From [Archangium] primigenium (GTDB lineage Bacteria; Myxococcota; Myxococcia; Myxococcales; Myxococcaceae), in contig NZ_JADWYI010000001.1 in the NCBI RefSeq assembly GCF_016904885.1, forward strand, positions 7,113,224-7,177,223: a DNA stretch of 64,000 bases, given 5' to 3'. A program made the position numbers and the translations under genes. The notes below the pieces were generated by a model. That model was not told the origin of the DNA and made no database searches. It saw nothing but the letters and a program-made list of their open reading frames with translations. Of the stretch, positions 28,359-37,410 are shown in pieces (position 1 is the first letter of the stretch; the number at the start of each line of letters is the position of its first letter).

Positions 28359-29616
28359 GCGGTTGGGCTCGTAGCCCGAACTGGAGGCTGTCCACCTCCG
28401 TGCGGAGATAGTCCGGCGTCAGGTGACCGTAGACCTCGCTGGTGATGCGCGGGTCGCGATGTCGGAGGAGCTTCTGCACCCCGACCAGCGGAACGCCCGC
28501 CCGTAGGAGCAGCGTCGCGGTCGTGTGCCGCAGATCATGGAACCGGATGGGCCGCACCTGGGGCGAGGGCCAGAGCCGCATGCCGCACCGTGGGCACTGC
28601 CGGGGCTCGGCGTCTGGCGCCATCTCCGCGTCCCCGCAACCCTTCCGGCGGCAGACGTGGCGGTAGCCCGTCACGACGCCCGCGCGCCCCAAGGCCCGGC
28701 GCAGCACGTCCTCCAAGGCCACGTCCCGGCGCATCATGGAACCGTCCTCGGAAGGGAACACCAGCGCCGAGGGCGAGCGGCGGATCGCCTCCTCCAGGAA
28801 GGGCACCAGTTCGGTGGCGATGGGGATGACGTCCGCGTGGCCCCCCTTGGTCGTGTCGCGCTGCCATGACCGGCCCACGGTGAGCAACCGGCTCGGCACG
28901 TCCACGTCCGTCTTCCGCATGGCCAGCAGCTCTCCCTTGCGCAGCCCCGTATAGAGGGCGGTGGCGAAGAGAGGGCGCCAACGCTCGGGCAGCGCGTCGA
29001 ACAGGCGCGGCACTTCCTCCATGCGCAGGAAGTCACCGATGCGGCGCGGGACGGTGCGCTTCTTCACGTCCGCGACGGGGTTGGGTCCGCTGTAGCGTCC
29101 GACCGCGCGCGCCTCATTGAACGCACGGCTGACGAACCCCCGCAGGTGGTTGATCGTCTGCGGAGAAAGCTCCTGCTCCTTCTCCTTCAAGAACGCCCGC
29201 AGCCGGGGCGCCGTCACCGCCGTGAGGGGAAGCGCGGCGAGGCTGGAGGGGAGCAGGTGGCGCGAGACCTGGCTCAAGTTGCTCGCATGGGAGGGAGAGT
29301 TGACCGAGCAGGTGTCGAGCCACCAGCGCAGCAACTCCGCGAGTGTCCCGCCGCCGTCCTCGGGCAGTGGCGCCTCCAAGCCGAGCCGTTGCCGCTCGGC
29401 CTTCTGCTCAAGCTCCGCCGCGATCCGCCGGGCCTCCGTCTTCGTGCGCGCCTGGGTCACCTTGTCGCGCCACCGCCCCCCCGCGTCCTTGAACCGCAGA
29501 TACCACTTGCCCGCCTTCTCATAGACGCTCGCCATGGCTATCGCTTCCCCTTCTGGCGCGTCGGCTTCGCGGACGCGGGCTCGGTGGTCGTGAGGTAGCC
29601 CCGGGCCGTCAGCCAC
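27991..29616 (-). CDS. Tyrosine integrase 2 (paralog of 26757 integrase); 3' end reads antisense through att copy A, real stop probably near 28180-28250
   Basis: HDLRHTTATLLLRAGVPLVGVQKLLRHRDPRITSEVYGHL catalytic block; Cys-rich insert CRRKGCGDAE...CPRCG. Confidence 0.8.
   Translation of the reverse strand: MADGPGLPHDHRARVREADAPEGEAIAMASVYEKAGKWYLRFKDAGGRWRDKVTQARTKTEARRIAAELEQKAERQRLGLEAPLPEDGGGTLAELLRWWLDTCSVNSPSHASNLSQVSRHLLPSSLAALPLTAVTAPRLRAFLKEKEQELSPQTINHLRGFVSRAFNEARAVGRYSGPNPVADVKKRTVPRRIGDFLRMEEVPRLFDALPERWRPLFATALYTGLRKGELLAMRKTDVDVPSRLLTVGRSWQRDTTKGGHADVIPIATELVPFLEEAIRRSPSALVFPSEDGSMMRRDVALEDVLRRALGRAGVVTGYRHVCRRKGCGDAEMAPDAEPRQCPRCGMRLWPSPQVRPIRFHDLRHTTATLLLRAGVPLVGVQKLLRHRDPRITSEVYGHLTPDYLRTEVDSLQFGLRAQPLIPPSVEAEAATGKVLRGSAVRQGVAANGFAASLLQGESGESEGPGTDGGFPQRFRALACVRDAGVEPAAFGFGGRLLRLPGFPLVSPRFPSCVLLPLYSWLRRSRPCPVFPGLARPSLATG
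28085..28114. repeat. Short tandem repeat (GAGGGGAAAC) x3 adjacent to att copy A
   Basis: Direct reading of the sequence. Confidence 0.6.
28137..28241 (+). repeat. att-type direct repeat copy A: 3' 42 nt of a tRNA-like gene (T-arm GCTGG-TTCGACT-CCAGC, acceptor ATCGCGC-A) plus degenerate downstream hairpin
   Basis: 53 nt identical and about 105 nt at roughly 88% identity to copy B at 37306..37410; no matching 5' tRNA half upstream. Confidence 0.55.
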
Positions 29617-29735
29617 TCGGCCAGGATGTGAACCGCCATGCCGGAGGATGAGCGGAGGTCCTTCGTCGCTGCCCGCGCGAGCGCCTCCTTCACCGTGACC
29701 GGCAACCTCAGATTCAAGGTGGAATCTCTCTTCAT
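29538..29735 (-). CDS. Ribbon-helix-helix-like small DNA-binding protein
   Basis: MKRDSTLNLRLPVTVKEALARAA beta-strand-then-helix pattern. Confidence 0.3.
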   Translation of the reverse strand: MKRDSTLNLRLPVTVKEALARAATKDLRSSSGMAVHILAEWLTARGYLTTTEPASAKPTRQKGKR

Positions 29736-29766
29736 GGGGTCAGTGTAACACAAGTGGCAACACACC

Positions 29767-29988
29767 CTAGCGGGTGGACTTCTGGGGGAACGTCAGGAGC
29801 CGGGATGCGGGGGGACGCTCGCCCTTCACCCACGCGCGCACGGCCTCCGGCTCGAAGCGCAAGAGCCCCCCGACATGCAGGCACGGCAACTCGCCCGCCG
29901 CCGTCTTCTGGTAGACCCAAGAGCGGCTCACCTGGAGGAAGCGCGCGACGTCCTGCACCGTCCAGAGGGGTGCTGGGTTGCTGCTCAT
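29767..29988 (-). CDS. AlpA/excisionase-family HTH regulator
   Basis: WTVQDVARFLQVSRSWVYQKTAAGELP HTH; adjacent to the integrase as in P4-like islands. Confidence 0.55.
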   Translation of the reverse strand: MSSNPAPLWTVQDVARFLQVSRSWVYQKTAAGELPCLHVGGLLRFEPEAVRAWVKGERPPASRLLTFPQKSTR

Positions 29989-31373
29989 GACTCATGCTCC
30001 ATGGTGCTGGCCGAAGCCGGTGGATTCTTCGCTTCCTTCTCTTTCTTCGCCTCGGCGGTGCCGAAGAACCACCGCTCCGAGGGACGCCCGCCAGTGGGTT
30101 TCACTTGCTTGTAAGCAACGCCCGCGCTGGAGAGGTCGTCCAACGCTCTGCCGAGTTCCGCGCTCGTCACATGCCCGGTGAAGAGCTTCATCAGCTCCGA
30201 CCGGGAAACGCCCTCGGGGCACTCTCGCAGGGCCGCAAGAATGCGGTTCGCGCGTGGGTCCTGCCGCGCCCCGCCGAAGATGTGGCGCGCGCTGCTGCTC
30301 GCGTATTCCATGAGCGCCAACGCGGCGGAGAGGTGCGCCTCCTCGATGACCTTCGATCTGTCGAGCAGCGCGTAGAGCAGGGACAGCCGGACGACTTGCG
30401 CCTCCGCTCGCGAAGTGGCCTGACCGAATAGTCCGGGCTTGTCGCTGGACAGCGACTCGTAGACCTCATGCCAGAGCGTCCGGGCCGCTTCCGACCTCCT
30501 GACCTCCTCCACGTCGCGGGCCCACATCTGGACCTGAGCGAGGCGCGAAGAAAGCGAAGAAAGCGAACCATCGTCGAGGTTCCCGCCCTCGGGCAGGAGC
30601 TTGGAGCGACGCGCGAACACCCAGAGGAACCGGTTCGCGAGGCCGTTGGCCATGTCCGTGGCCGAGAGCAACGCGCGCAGTTCCGGAATCGTGATGTGCG
30701 CCACGACGGACACATGGGCCTCGGTGGCGCGCTGAGGCGCACCCTTGGTGAGGACCTGGAGCGAGCCAGAATCCCACGCCTCGCGGAGGACTGCGGAGAG
30801 GCTGTTCCCCTCTCGGTTCATCCTGCGAAGCGCCGAAGCGAACTCCGTCTCCACCATCATCAAGCGCTTGTCGGAAACCCCCTGATCGTCGGAGTCCCCA
30901 TCGCGAACGGCATGGATGAGCCCCTCTCCGGTGCTGAGGCCCTTTTGAAGACGGGGACCCCACCCCGGCTCCGAGGTGTTCAGGACTCGTTCCACCCATG
31001 ACCAGGAAGTGCCCTTCCTCGCCTTGGCACTCTGGCCGACGATGGCCGCGAACAGGTTGGCGTGATGCCGGGTCGCCTCGACCTTGAAGAACGGTGAGCG
31101 GCACATGGCGTTGCCTGCGGCCACCAGGAACTGAATCAGGATGGCGGCGGGATCGGCTTCCGTGTGCGGCTCGATGGTCCGCACGAGGTCGCCAGCCAGA
31201 CCGTGAAGCGCGGGTGATTCCAGCGACAGAGGCGCGGGTGGAGGCTCCTCCCGCCCCGGGCCCGTGGCTGAGGGTGGTGCCGCGGCACCTGCCGCGAGGT
31301 CGGGAATCGTCGCGAGGGCCGGGGGCCGTTGACCGGCACGTCTACGGGCGTTCGCGTCCATGCCGCCCATCAC
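29985..31373 (-). CDS. DUF3987-like (YfjI-like) protein of P4-type integrative elements
   Basis: 462 aa, position between AlpA-like and primase genes; compositional resemblance to DUF3987 proteins. Confidence 0.35.
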   Translation of the reverse strand: MMGGMDANARRRAGQRPPALATIPDLAAGAAAPPSATGPGREEPPPAPLSLESPALHGLAGDLVRTIEPHTEADPAAILIQFLVAAGNAMCRSPFFKVEATRHHANLFAAIVGQSAKARKGTSWSWVERVLNTSEPGWGPRLQKGLSTGEGLIHAVRDGDSDDQGVSDKRLMMVETEFASALRRMNREGNSLSAVLREAWDSGSLQVLTKGAPQRATEAHVSVVAHITIPELRALLSATDMANGLANRFLWVFARRSKLLPEGGNLDDGSLSSLSSRLAQVQMWARDVEEVRRSEAARTLWHEVYESLSSDKPGLFGQATSRAEAQVVRLSLLYALLDRSKVIEEAHLSAALALMEYASSSARHIFGGARQDPRANRILAALRECPEGVSRSELMKLFTGHVTSAELGRALDDLSSAGVAYKQVKPTGGRPSERWFFGTAEAKKEKEAKNPPASASTMEHES

Positions 31374-32456
31374 TCAGCCCTCCCCGTGTTGTCGCGCTTC
31401 AACCTGCACCGTCCGGTGAGGCTGGCGGCAATGGTCCGTGCATACCTGTCCCCCGCCGCGTCCTGGTGGGTCTCGATGGCCACGGTGGTGCCGTCGGGGA
31501 CTCGTGCCGCGATGGCGGGCGACCAACTTCCCGACAGGACGCTGAGCACGGCGGGCGCGGCTTCGTCCGCGTCGCTGTAGTCCGTGGCTCGCGTGAGGAA
31601 GTCTGGAAGCCCTTCCATCACCCACAGGCCGTTTCGAGCGACCAGTTCCGAAGCGGGTATTCCGTCCGCCAAGGCCCCCCTTTCAAGCATGCGCAGGCCG
31701 AGGGCATCGGCCATTACGAGACCGCGCACCTCCGCTCCCGCAGGGCTCGCGGCCTTGTGGGCGGGCTGAACATCCGGCCTCACGCTCCGCGCGTGCAGAC
31801 TGGCCAGGGCGCCCATGTCGCTCCACAGAGGCACGACGAGCCGATGGCCGCTCTGACTCCACGCCTGACCCATGAAGCGGGCCCAGCGCGGCAGGAGGGC
31901 GCCTTCGGGGAGAACTCGGGCAAGGCCCCGATCATCCACATCGCCCGCGTTGAGCCCACGAGAGGCGAGCCAGGCGCTCACCTCCGCGTCCTCCACCACC
32001 CGCCGCGCGGAGTTCCAGACCTCCGCAACCTCGGCCGCGTTGGCGCGCATGGGCCGCACTTCTTCTCGGAGGCGCGGAGGTGCCCAAGCCCGCACCTGCG
32101 GACCGAGGGGCGTGTTCGTGGGATCGGGCGAGCAGAGGCCACGCTCGGCGCATGCGCGGTGGAGTTCACCCCACTCCGGACCTGTCGCCCGTCGCTTGCC
32201 CGAGATGCACCAGGACACGAGATGGAGGGCATCGCCCTTCTCTCCGCACTCGAAGCACTCCCAGCCGGAATCGTCGGGTCGGACCCCAATGGCCCCGCGC
32301 TTATCGCGTCGGCCCGGGTGCCGTGTTGCCGCCGAACACGCCGGGCACGGAGACAGACCATTGCGTCCCCGTAGCAGGAGCCCGAGGGAACGCGCGACAT
32401 GCCTCACCCCCCGAGCCCTCACGCATGCCATCCACTCCGAGATCGCGCCACTCATG
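31370..32456 (-). CDS. DNA primase: CHC2-type zinc finger plus Toprim-like domain
   Basis: CPAC...H...CFEC zinc-binding motif near the N-terminus; C-terminal acidic Toprim-like block (VMEGLPDFLTRATDYSDADE); ATGA overlap with upstream XRE gene. Confidence 0.45.
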
Positions 32457-32685
32457 CGCCCCCCTTGCGACCAAGGAGCGAATCCACGTCCGTGGCCAGC
32501 GCTTGGGCCAGGAGGGTGAGCGTTTCGGTCGTGGCGGCGCCGAAGCGCTCGGCATCCCGGAGCCGGGGGATGGAAATGCCCGCCCTGGTCGCGAGCACCT
32601 GTTGAGAAAGGCCACGGCTTTTTCGGAGCGCAATGATGCGCTCTCCGAGGCCAGGGACACTGCGCTTCCGCATGTGCATGAGCAT
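32455..32685 (-). CDS. XRE-family HTH transcriptional regulator
   Basis: LGERIIALRKSRGLSQQVLATRAGISIPRLRDAERF. Confidence 0.45.
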
Positions 32686-32737
32686 GGGAGTGACGGTGCA
32701 CTCCGGCGGCTTGTTCCACGAGCGGTCGTGGAAAGAA

Positions 32738-33493
32738 TCAGCGCTTCTCCAATTCCGCCTTCCAGTTCCCACGCTTCGCTCGCGCGTACACCGCGCTCTG
32801 CCCGAAGCCACTGGCCTCCATGGCGTCCTTTACGGCCCGGTGTGCCCTGCCGCGCCTATGCGCGTTGAGCCACGCCTGTTTTGCGCGCGCCCAACGGGGT
32901 TCATCTTTCTGCTGTCCCGTGTTGAAACGGCGACCGAGCGATAACAATGCGTTCGCGACCTCAGAGCTATCGCTCGACACCGCAGCGACCAGCACCTTGC
33001 TGCGTGGCTCTAGCGCGAAACCTTCGGTCTGAAGAAGGATGCTGGCGAAAAGCATCCGATGGTCATGCGTATCGCGAAGCTTGGGTGATATCCCCTCGAA
33101 TATGCGCCTCGACTCTGGATTAAGCTGGCCGAGAGCATGTGAGAGCTGTTCCTCTTGTTGCCGTGCTTCTTCCGCCCTCAGGTCTGCCCACTTCTTCTGC
33201 TGGCGTGCTACCTGCTCAGGATCCTGAGGCGCCTTCAGTAACTCAGCCATCGCCAGTTGCATACGCATCGCTTCACTCAAATCCGGAGCGCCCCCAAAGG
33301 AGAATGGAGGTGGCGTTGATGAGGGTGCGCGCAGTCGTTGGATCGCACTTGAACTCTGGCTCGGAGCAGCACTGGTAAGGCCGCGACCACGCTGGACCGG
33401 CTTCGCTCGGGTACCCCGGGCCTTTGAACGAGTTTTGGACGTGGAGGGAGAACCGCTCTTCGGTGTTTTCTTGGGCACTTGTGCGGGCTCCAT
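32738..33493 (-). CDS. Hypothetical protein with basic disordered N-terminus
   Basis: ORF with window-typical codon usage; start chosen at MEPAQVPKK. Confidence 0.3.
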   Translation of the reverse strand: MEPAQVPKKTPKSGSPSTSKTRSKARGTRAKPVQRGRGLTSAAPSQSSSAIQRLRAPSSTPPPFSFGGAPDLSEAMRMQLAMAELLKAPQDPEQVARQQKKWADLRAEEARQQEEQLSHALGQLNPESRRIFEGISPKLRDTHDHRMLFASILLQTEGFALEPRSKVLVAAVSSDSSEVANALLSLGRRFNTGQQKDEPRWARAKQAWLNAHRRGRAHRAVKDAMEASGFGQSAVYARAKRGNWKAELEKR

Positions 33494-33874
33494 CCGCGCT
33501 CTGGGCACAAGGGCGGGTCGTTCGCAGCGGTGCCGCCCTACTCTTACTGACCTAGCGTGAGGGCGAGAGCCTAGCCAAGTCCCCCCCCCCCCCTCCATCC
33601 ATGCGGTCGATGCCCATGGACGACTGCGCGCATGTGGCGCCCCGTCACCGCGATTGAATGACGAGGGCAGAATTCCAAGGTGGCGGCCGTTGGGGAGGTC
33701 GCGGTCTGCACAGCCGGAGCACGACCACGACAGCATGGGAGCCCCTTGCCTCGCGCTCGTTGAGCCAACGCTGTGCCGCAGCATCGTCGTCATCCTCGTA
33801 CAGGTCCAGAACGGACAGGGAGGACTTGTCCTGGCTAGCTCGCCGCTCCAGGGCCTCGATTCGGGAGCGCAGAT

Positions 33875-34165
33875 TTACCGCGCGCAAGACAGTGCCCCTG
33901 GATGTGAAGGACCTTCTCGCCGAGCTGAGGCTTCGAGCTTGGCGAGGCGCTCCTCCAGTTCGGTCCCCTGGATGATGCCCGCGAGCACCGAATAGGCGTA
34001 GATGAGCGCCCGGGCCTTTCCCGCGTCCATAGTGCCGTCCTCCAAGGCGCGAATGCAGTCAGCAAGCCCAGTCTTCACGTTCCCGAGGCTCGCCAGTCGC
34101 CGACGCCGCCCACGGGGGGGAGGGAGGGGCGGTGCTTGCTGATTTTCTCTTGTGTTCACGGGCAC
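33875..34165 (-). CDS. Hypothetical protein
   Basis: 96-aa ORF. Confidence 0.25.
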   Translation of the reverse strand: MPVNTRENQQAPPLPPPRGRRRRLASLGNVKTGLADCIRALEDGTMDAGKARALIYAYSVLAGIIQGTELEERLAKLEASARREGPSHPGALSCAR

Positions 34166-34334
34166 TTACCTCTCTCAGCCTTGGCGCTGGAGGCTCGATT
34201 ATACCCACTAGATGGCTGCATAGCCGCAGCAAGAACAATTAGTAGGCGATGTAACTCAAGGAGCCTTTGCGGAGTGGAAGGTCAGCACTTTGGCAGCCCC
34301 TTCCTTTCGATGTGATCCGCTGTAAGCTCAAGCT

Positions 34335-35501
34335 ATGCAACCAAGCGGCAAAGAGCCCTTTGACCCCAACGCCGAAGAGACGCTCAGTCCTGACGAAAAA
34401 GCCCTTTCTGACTCTAATGATGAAGAGCCTTCTGCCTCTGTTCGCGCTAAAGACAGCAATGCATGGCTTGCATACTGGCTGATTGGCTCGGGCATGTGCG
34501 TTGTATGCGGACTTGCATGGGGGGGTGTATTTCGGCCTCAAGTAGGTGCCATCGGCATCGTTACGGGGACGGTATTTTACCTGGGTGGGTTCGCCCTTCG
34601 CGTTGCCAGCTGGAAAACTGGTGATCGGGGACACTCCTATGAAAAATCTCTATCCCTCAGGCGTTTGGTAACAATCGCCTGGAGTTGTCTCTGCTGGATG
34701 AGCGCGGGTCTTGCGCCTGCGATTCTTTATCCTTCGGCGCTGCGGGGGCCACGCGCCACGCGATTGGAGGAGTTTGGCCTCATGTGCATGACTGGCCTTG
34801 CTACCTTGCTGTTGTCCCAAATGGCAGGCTGGAGTGTTCAGCATCCTGAGCGCATCAAGATGCTCTTAGCATTCATTGGCATACACAGCAAAAGCATGCG
34901 TCGGGAAGCACATCAAGACATGCTCGCAATGGCACAGGACATTCTCGGGAAGTTTCCTGAGCCGGAGCGCAGCCGGAGTGGGGAGGTTTACTTCGATGTT
35001 CGGTCATACCCGCTTGAATTTCGATTGCAGGCTGCCGAAACACTAAGAGATCTTCTCTGGCACTGCGAGCTGCCGCAGATAAAGCCTAAGAAGCTAGGAA
35101 ATTCAGCCGTCATGAGGGACCTCTCAGAAGGCATTGAACTCATGAAGGCAAATTTGAGCGGAATATACAGTCCCCACTCAAGACTGCGTGCTCGTGCGCT
35201 CTTCTATGCTGAGATATTTGCGCTTCTGAAAGATCAAGCAAAGTCTGTCGAAGAAAGCCCTGGCATGGCTCTTTACTTCATGAAGAGTGCAAATGCCGAA
35301 GATGGGCTTACGTCGACCTCACGCCTGGTCCTGTCTTGGTTTCCGACTGAGGCATCACTTGAAGCCGCACGTAGAGCGCTTGGCGGAAATGACTCAATCT
35401 TCCGACTGGAGCCTCGCGCAGATGCCATCGCACTACTAAACAAGCTCGAAGTGAAAAGTGAGGAGCTTGGTTTGTCTGTTCGCTCGGATAAAGATGGCTG
35501 A
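34335..35501 (+). CDS. Four-TM membrane protein with about 210-aa cytoplasmic C-terminal domain; low-GC cargo of the integrative element
   Basis: Four hydrophobic helices at residues about 45-170; locus GC about 50%; AT-rich upstream region. Confidence 0.5.
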   Translation: MQPSGKEPFDPNAEETLSPDEKALSDSNDEEPSASVRAKDSNAWLAYWLIGSGMCVVCGLAWGGVFRPQVGAIGIVTGTVFYLGGFALRVASWKTGDRGHSYEKSLSLRRLVTIAWSCLCWMSAGLAPAILYPSALRGPRATRLEEFGLMCMTGLATLLLSQMAGWSVQHPERIKMLLAFIGIHSKSMRREAHQDMLAMAQDILGKFPEPERSRSGEVYFDVRSYPLEFRLQAAETLRDLLWHCELPQIKPKKLGNSAVMRDLSEGIELMKANLSGIYSPHSRLRARALFYAEIFALLKDQAKSVEESPGMALYFMKSANAEDGLTSTSRLVLSWFPTEASLEAARRALGGNDSIFRLEPRADAIALLNKLEVKSEELGLSVRSDKDG

Positions 35502-35608
35502 GAAGGTACCTCCGAGTCTGCCTTGTTCGGAGTCTTTTTGAGGCTGCTTAATGCTATCCTCGGCGCCTATGCGGGTATTCTTCCTGCTTTCCTGCTGACG
35601 TGGCCTTC

Positions 35609-35908
35609 TCAATCAGCTTTTTCTTCCTCGGGAAACAAGTCCCTTAAAGGAACCTTGTAGGCCACGGCAGCGGCCACCAGGGTGGCCATGGTGAAGTTCG
35701 CGTTCCCCTGCTCCATCTTGATCACGTGCTTTGGGTGCACCCCGATGGCCTCGGCGGCCTGCTCCTGAGTCAGCCCGCGCTCTTGCCGAAGTTCGCGCAG
35801 TCGAACCCCGACGCGGCGCAGCTCCCGCTTGATGGCTCGGGCCGTCGGGCCTCGGGTCCAGACCTCTGAACGACCTCGCTTCGTGGACGTCTTCCCTGTG
35901 GTGGGCAC
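35609..35908 (-). CDS. XRE-family HTH regulator
   Basis: LRELRQERGLTQEQAAEAIGVHPKHVIKMEQG. Confidence 0.5.
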   Translation of the reverse strand: MPTTGKTSTKRGRSEVWTRGPTARAIKRELRRVGVRLRELRQERGLTQEQAAEAIGVHPKHVIKMEQGNANFTMATLVAAAVAYKVPLRDLFPEEEKAD

Positions 35909-36037
35909 GAGGTCGGCTTATCCAGGGTCGCTCTTGAGCTACACAGCTTATGAACTACATGACGCAGGTAGTTCTTGAGCTACGTAGCTTATGGGCTACC
36001 ATGGAAGTAGGCCCCAACCTACGAAAGGACGGCCTAC

Positions 36038-36604
36038 ATGCCCGAAGAGACCGAAGCCAGGAGCCCCGACCCGATGGCGGTCAGCCTGGACCTCGAACTG
36101 TTGACCCTCGCGGACGCGATCCGAGGCGCGGAGATGCTCGCGGACTACCAGGCCCGCCAAGGGTTCATGGACGAGGCATCGGAGAAGGATGCACCCGTGT
36201 GCGTCTTCTCCATCCTCTCGCTCGTGGGAGGACGCCTCAAGCAACTGCGCCGGGTGGTCCGTGGTGAAGAGGACCCGGTGCACCTCTGGGGGCCGCACAA
36301 CGAGACCGACCTCCCCGAGACGCTGGCCGAGGGTGTCGGGGACATCATCCTGTTCCCGTGGAAGGCCCGAGGGAGACCGCTGGTCTTCGCCCGGCCATCC
36401 ACCTGGAGGGTTGAGCCGGAGGAGAAGAAGGGGCGAGCAGCGGTGGGCCACGAGGCCACGCGGCAGAAGGGCCAGAAGAGCCCGAAGGGACGAAAGGCGA
36501 AGACGCCGAAGCACTCTGGGGCGAAGAAAGCGGCCGGGCCGGTTGGCGAGACCCCGAACGCCCAAGGGGACGAGCAGCGGGCGACCGCTCCAGTCTCACC
36601 GTAG
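36038..36604 (+). CDS. Hypothetical protein with lysine-rich basic tail
   Basis: 188-aa ORF. Confidence 0.35.
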   Translation: MPEETEARSPDPMAVSLDLELLTLADAIRGAEMLADYQARQGFMDEASEKDAPVCVFSILSLVGGRLKQLRRVVRGEEDPVHLWGPHNETDLPETLAEGVGDIILFPWKARGRPLVFARPSTWRVEPEEKKGRAAVGHEATRQKGQKSPKGRKAKTPKHSGAKKAAGPVGETPNAQGDEQRATAPVSP

Positions 36605-36610
36605 TCCAGA

Positions 36611-36656
36611 GGACCGGTTCCGGTTCCCCCTATAGGGACGGGAACCGGGAACCACC
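36611..36656. repeat. Imperfect palindrome ggaccggttccggttccccctatagggacgggaaccgggaaccacc (copy 1)
   Basis: Dyad symmetry centred on CTATAG; related copy about 300 bp downstream. Confidence 0.6.
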
Positions 36657-36906
36657 CGCAGCACCCTGGCAGCGGCTCCGCACGGCGTCAGCACCCACCC
36701 CTCGCCCCCTCGCCTCGGCCAGCAACCGGCATCCACCCCAAGAATAAATTTAATGAGGGTCAGCAATAAAGCTCCACCGGAAGTGGTGAGGTCGCTTCAT
36801 GCAGCGCCGACAAGCGACCACTTTAGACCACCTATCACCACCTGCCCTCATGCTCCGCAGCAGCCACGCCGAAGCCACCCGCGCCGGTCGTGGCGTGGGC
36901 CAGGGA

Positions 36907-36952
36907 GGTGGTCCCGGTTCCCCTATATTAAGGAGGGAACCAGGAACCACGG
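36907..36952. repeat. Imperfect palindrome ggtggtcccggttcccctatattaaggagggaaccaggaaccacgg (copy 2)
   Basis: Shares cccggttcccctata and gggaacc.ggaaccac with copy 1. Confidence 0.6.
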
Positions 36953-36961
36953 CCCTGCCCC

Positions 36962-37210
36962 TCAGCGCTGCCCCCGGGCAAGGAACGTGTCCAGGGACTC
37001 CAAGGGGACGCGGATCGCGTTGCTGACCCGCACGTGCGCCAGCTCGCCCCGCTCGCAGAGCCGGTAGACGGTCGCGGTGCTGAGGCCCAACCACTCCGCC
37101 ACCTCGCGCACGGTGAGCAGGCGCCCCGGCGCTCCCGGCAGGGCGCGGAGCCGGGTGAGGGCCGGGGCTTGCAGCACGGGTGCAGCAAACGGCTTGCGAC
37201 CCCCTGCGAC
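36962..37210 (-). CDS. Excisionase-like HTH protein (start codon uncertain)
   Basis: C-terminal LLTVREVAEWLGLSTATVYRLCERGELAHVRV HTH. Confidence 0.35.
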   Translation of the reverse strand, partial: VAGGRKPFAAPVLQAPALTRLRALPGAPGRLLTVREVAEWLGLSTATVYRLCERGELAHVRVSNAIRVPLESLDTFLARGQR

Positions 37211-37305
37211 CGGATGGGACGATTGGACGGAGGACGAGCCCTCACCCCCAATGATTCCAAGGGGTTGCGAAGGACTGGTAACGGCTGGACGGCTTCCCCC
37301 TTCGC

Positions 37306-37410
37306 CTCCGAAGCCAAAGGCCGCTGGTTCGACTCCAGCATCGCGCACACAGGCAAGAGCCCGGAACCGTTGGGGAGAACTCCCCGCTGGTTCCGGGCTT
37401 TTGTTTTTCA
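37306..37410 (+). repeat. att-type direct repeat copy B: same tRNA 3' fragment followed by an intact terminator
   Basis: Identical 53-nt core with copy A; downstream GCCCGGAAC...GTTCCGGGC hairpin plus TTTTGTTTTT. Confidence 0.55.
37358..37409 (+). terminator. Rho-independent terminator following the tRNA-like 3' end
   Basis: GC-rich hairpin gcccggaaccgttggggagaactccccgctggttccgggc followed by T-run. Confidence 0.55.

Noticed and set aside
34239-34634. 131-aa minus-strand ORF overlapping the start of the 4-TM membrane gene
   Set aside because: Lies in AT-rich promoter-like DNA and overlaps a better-supported plus-strand gene; unusual composition.
36753-37356. Several 75-140-aa ORFs across the palindrome region and att copy B (for example 36753..37067 +, 36928..37356 -)
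   Set aside because: Cross palindromic non-coding DNA or read antisense through the tRNA fragment; only the C-terminal HTH of 36962..37210 (-) looks genuine.
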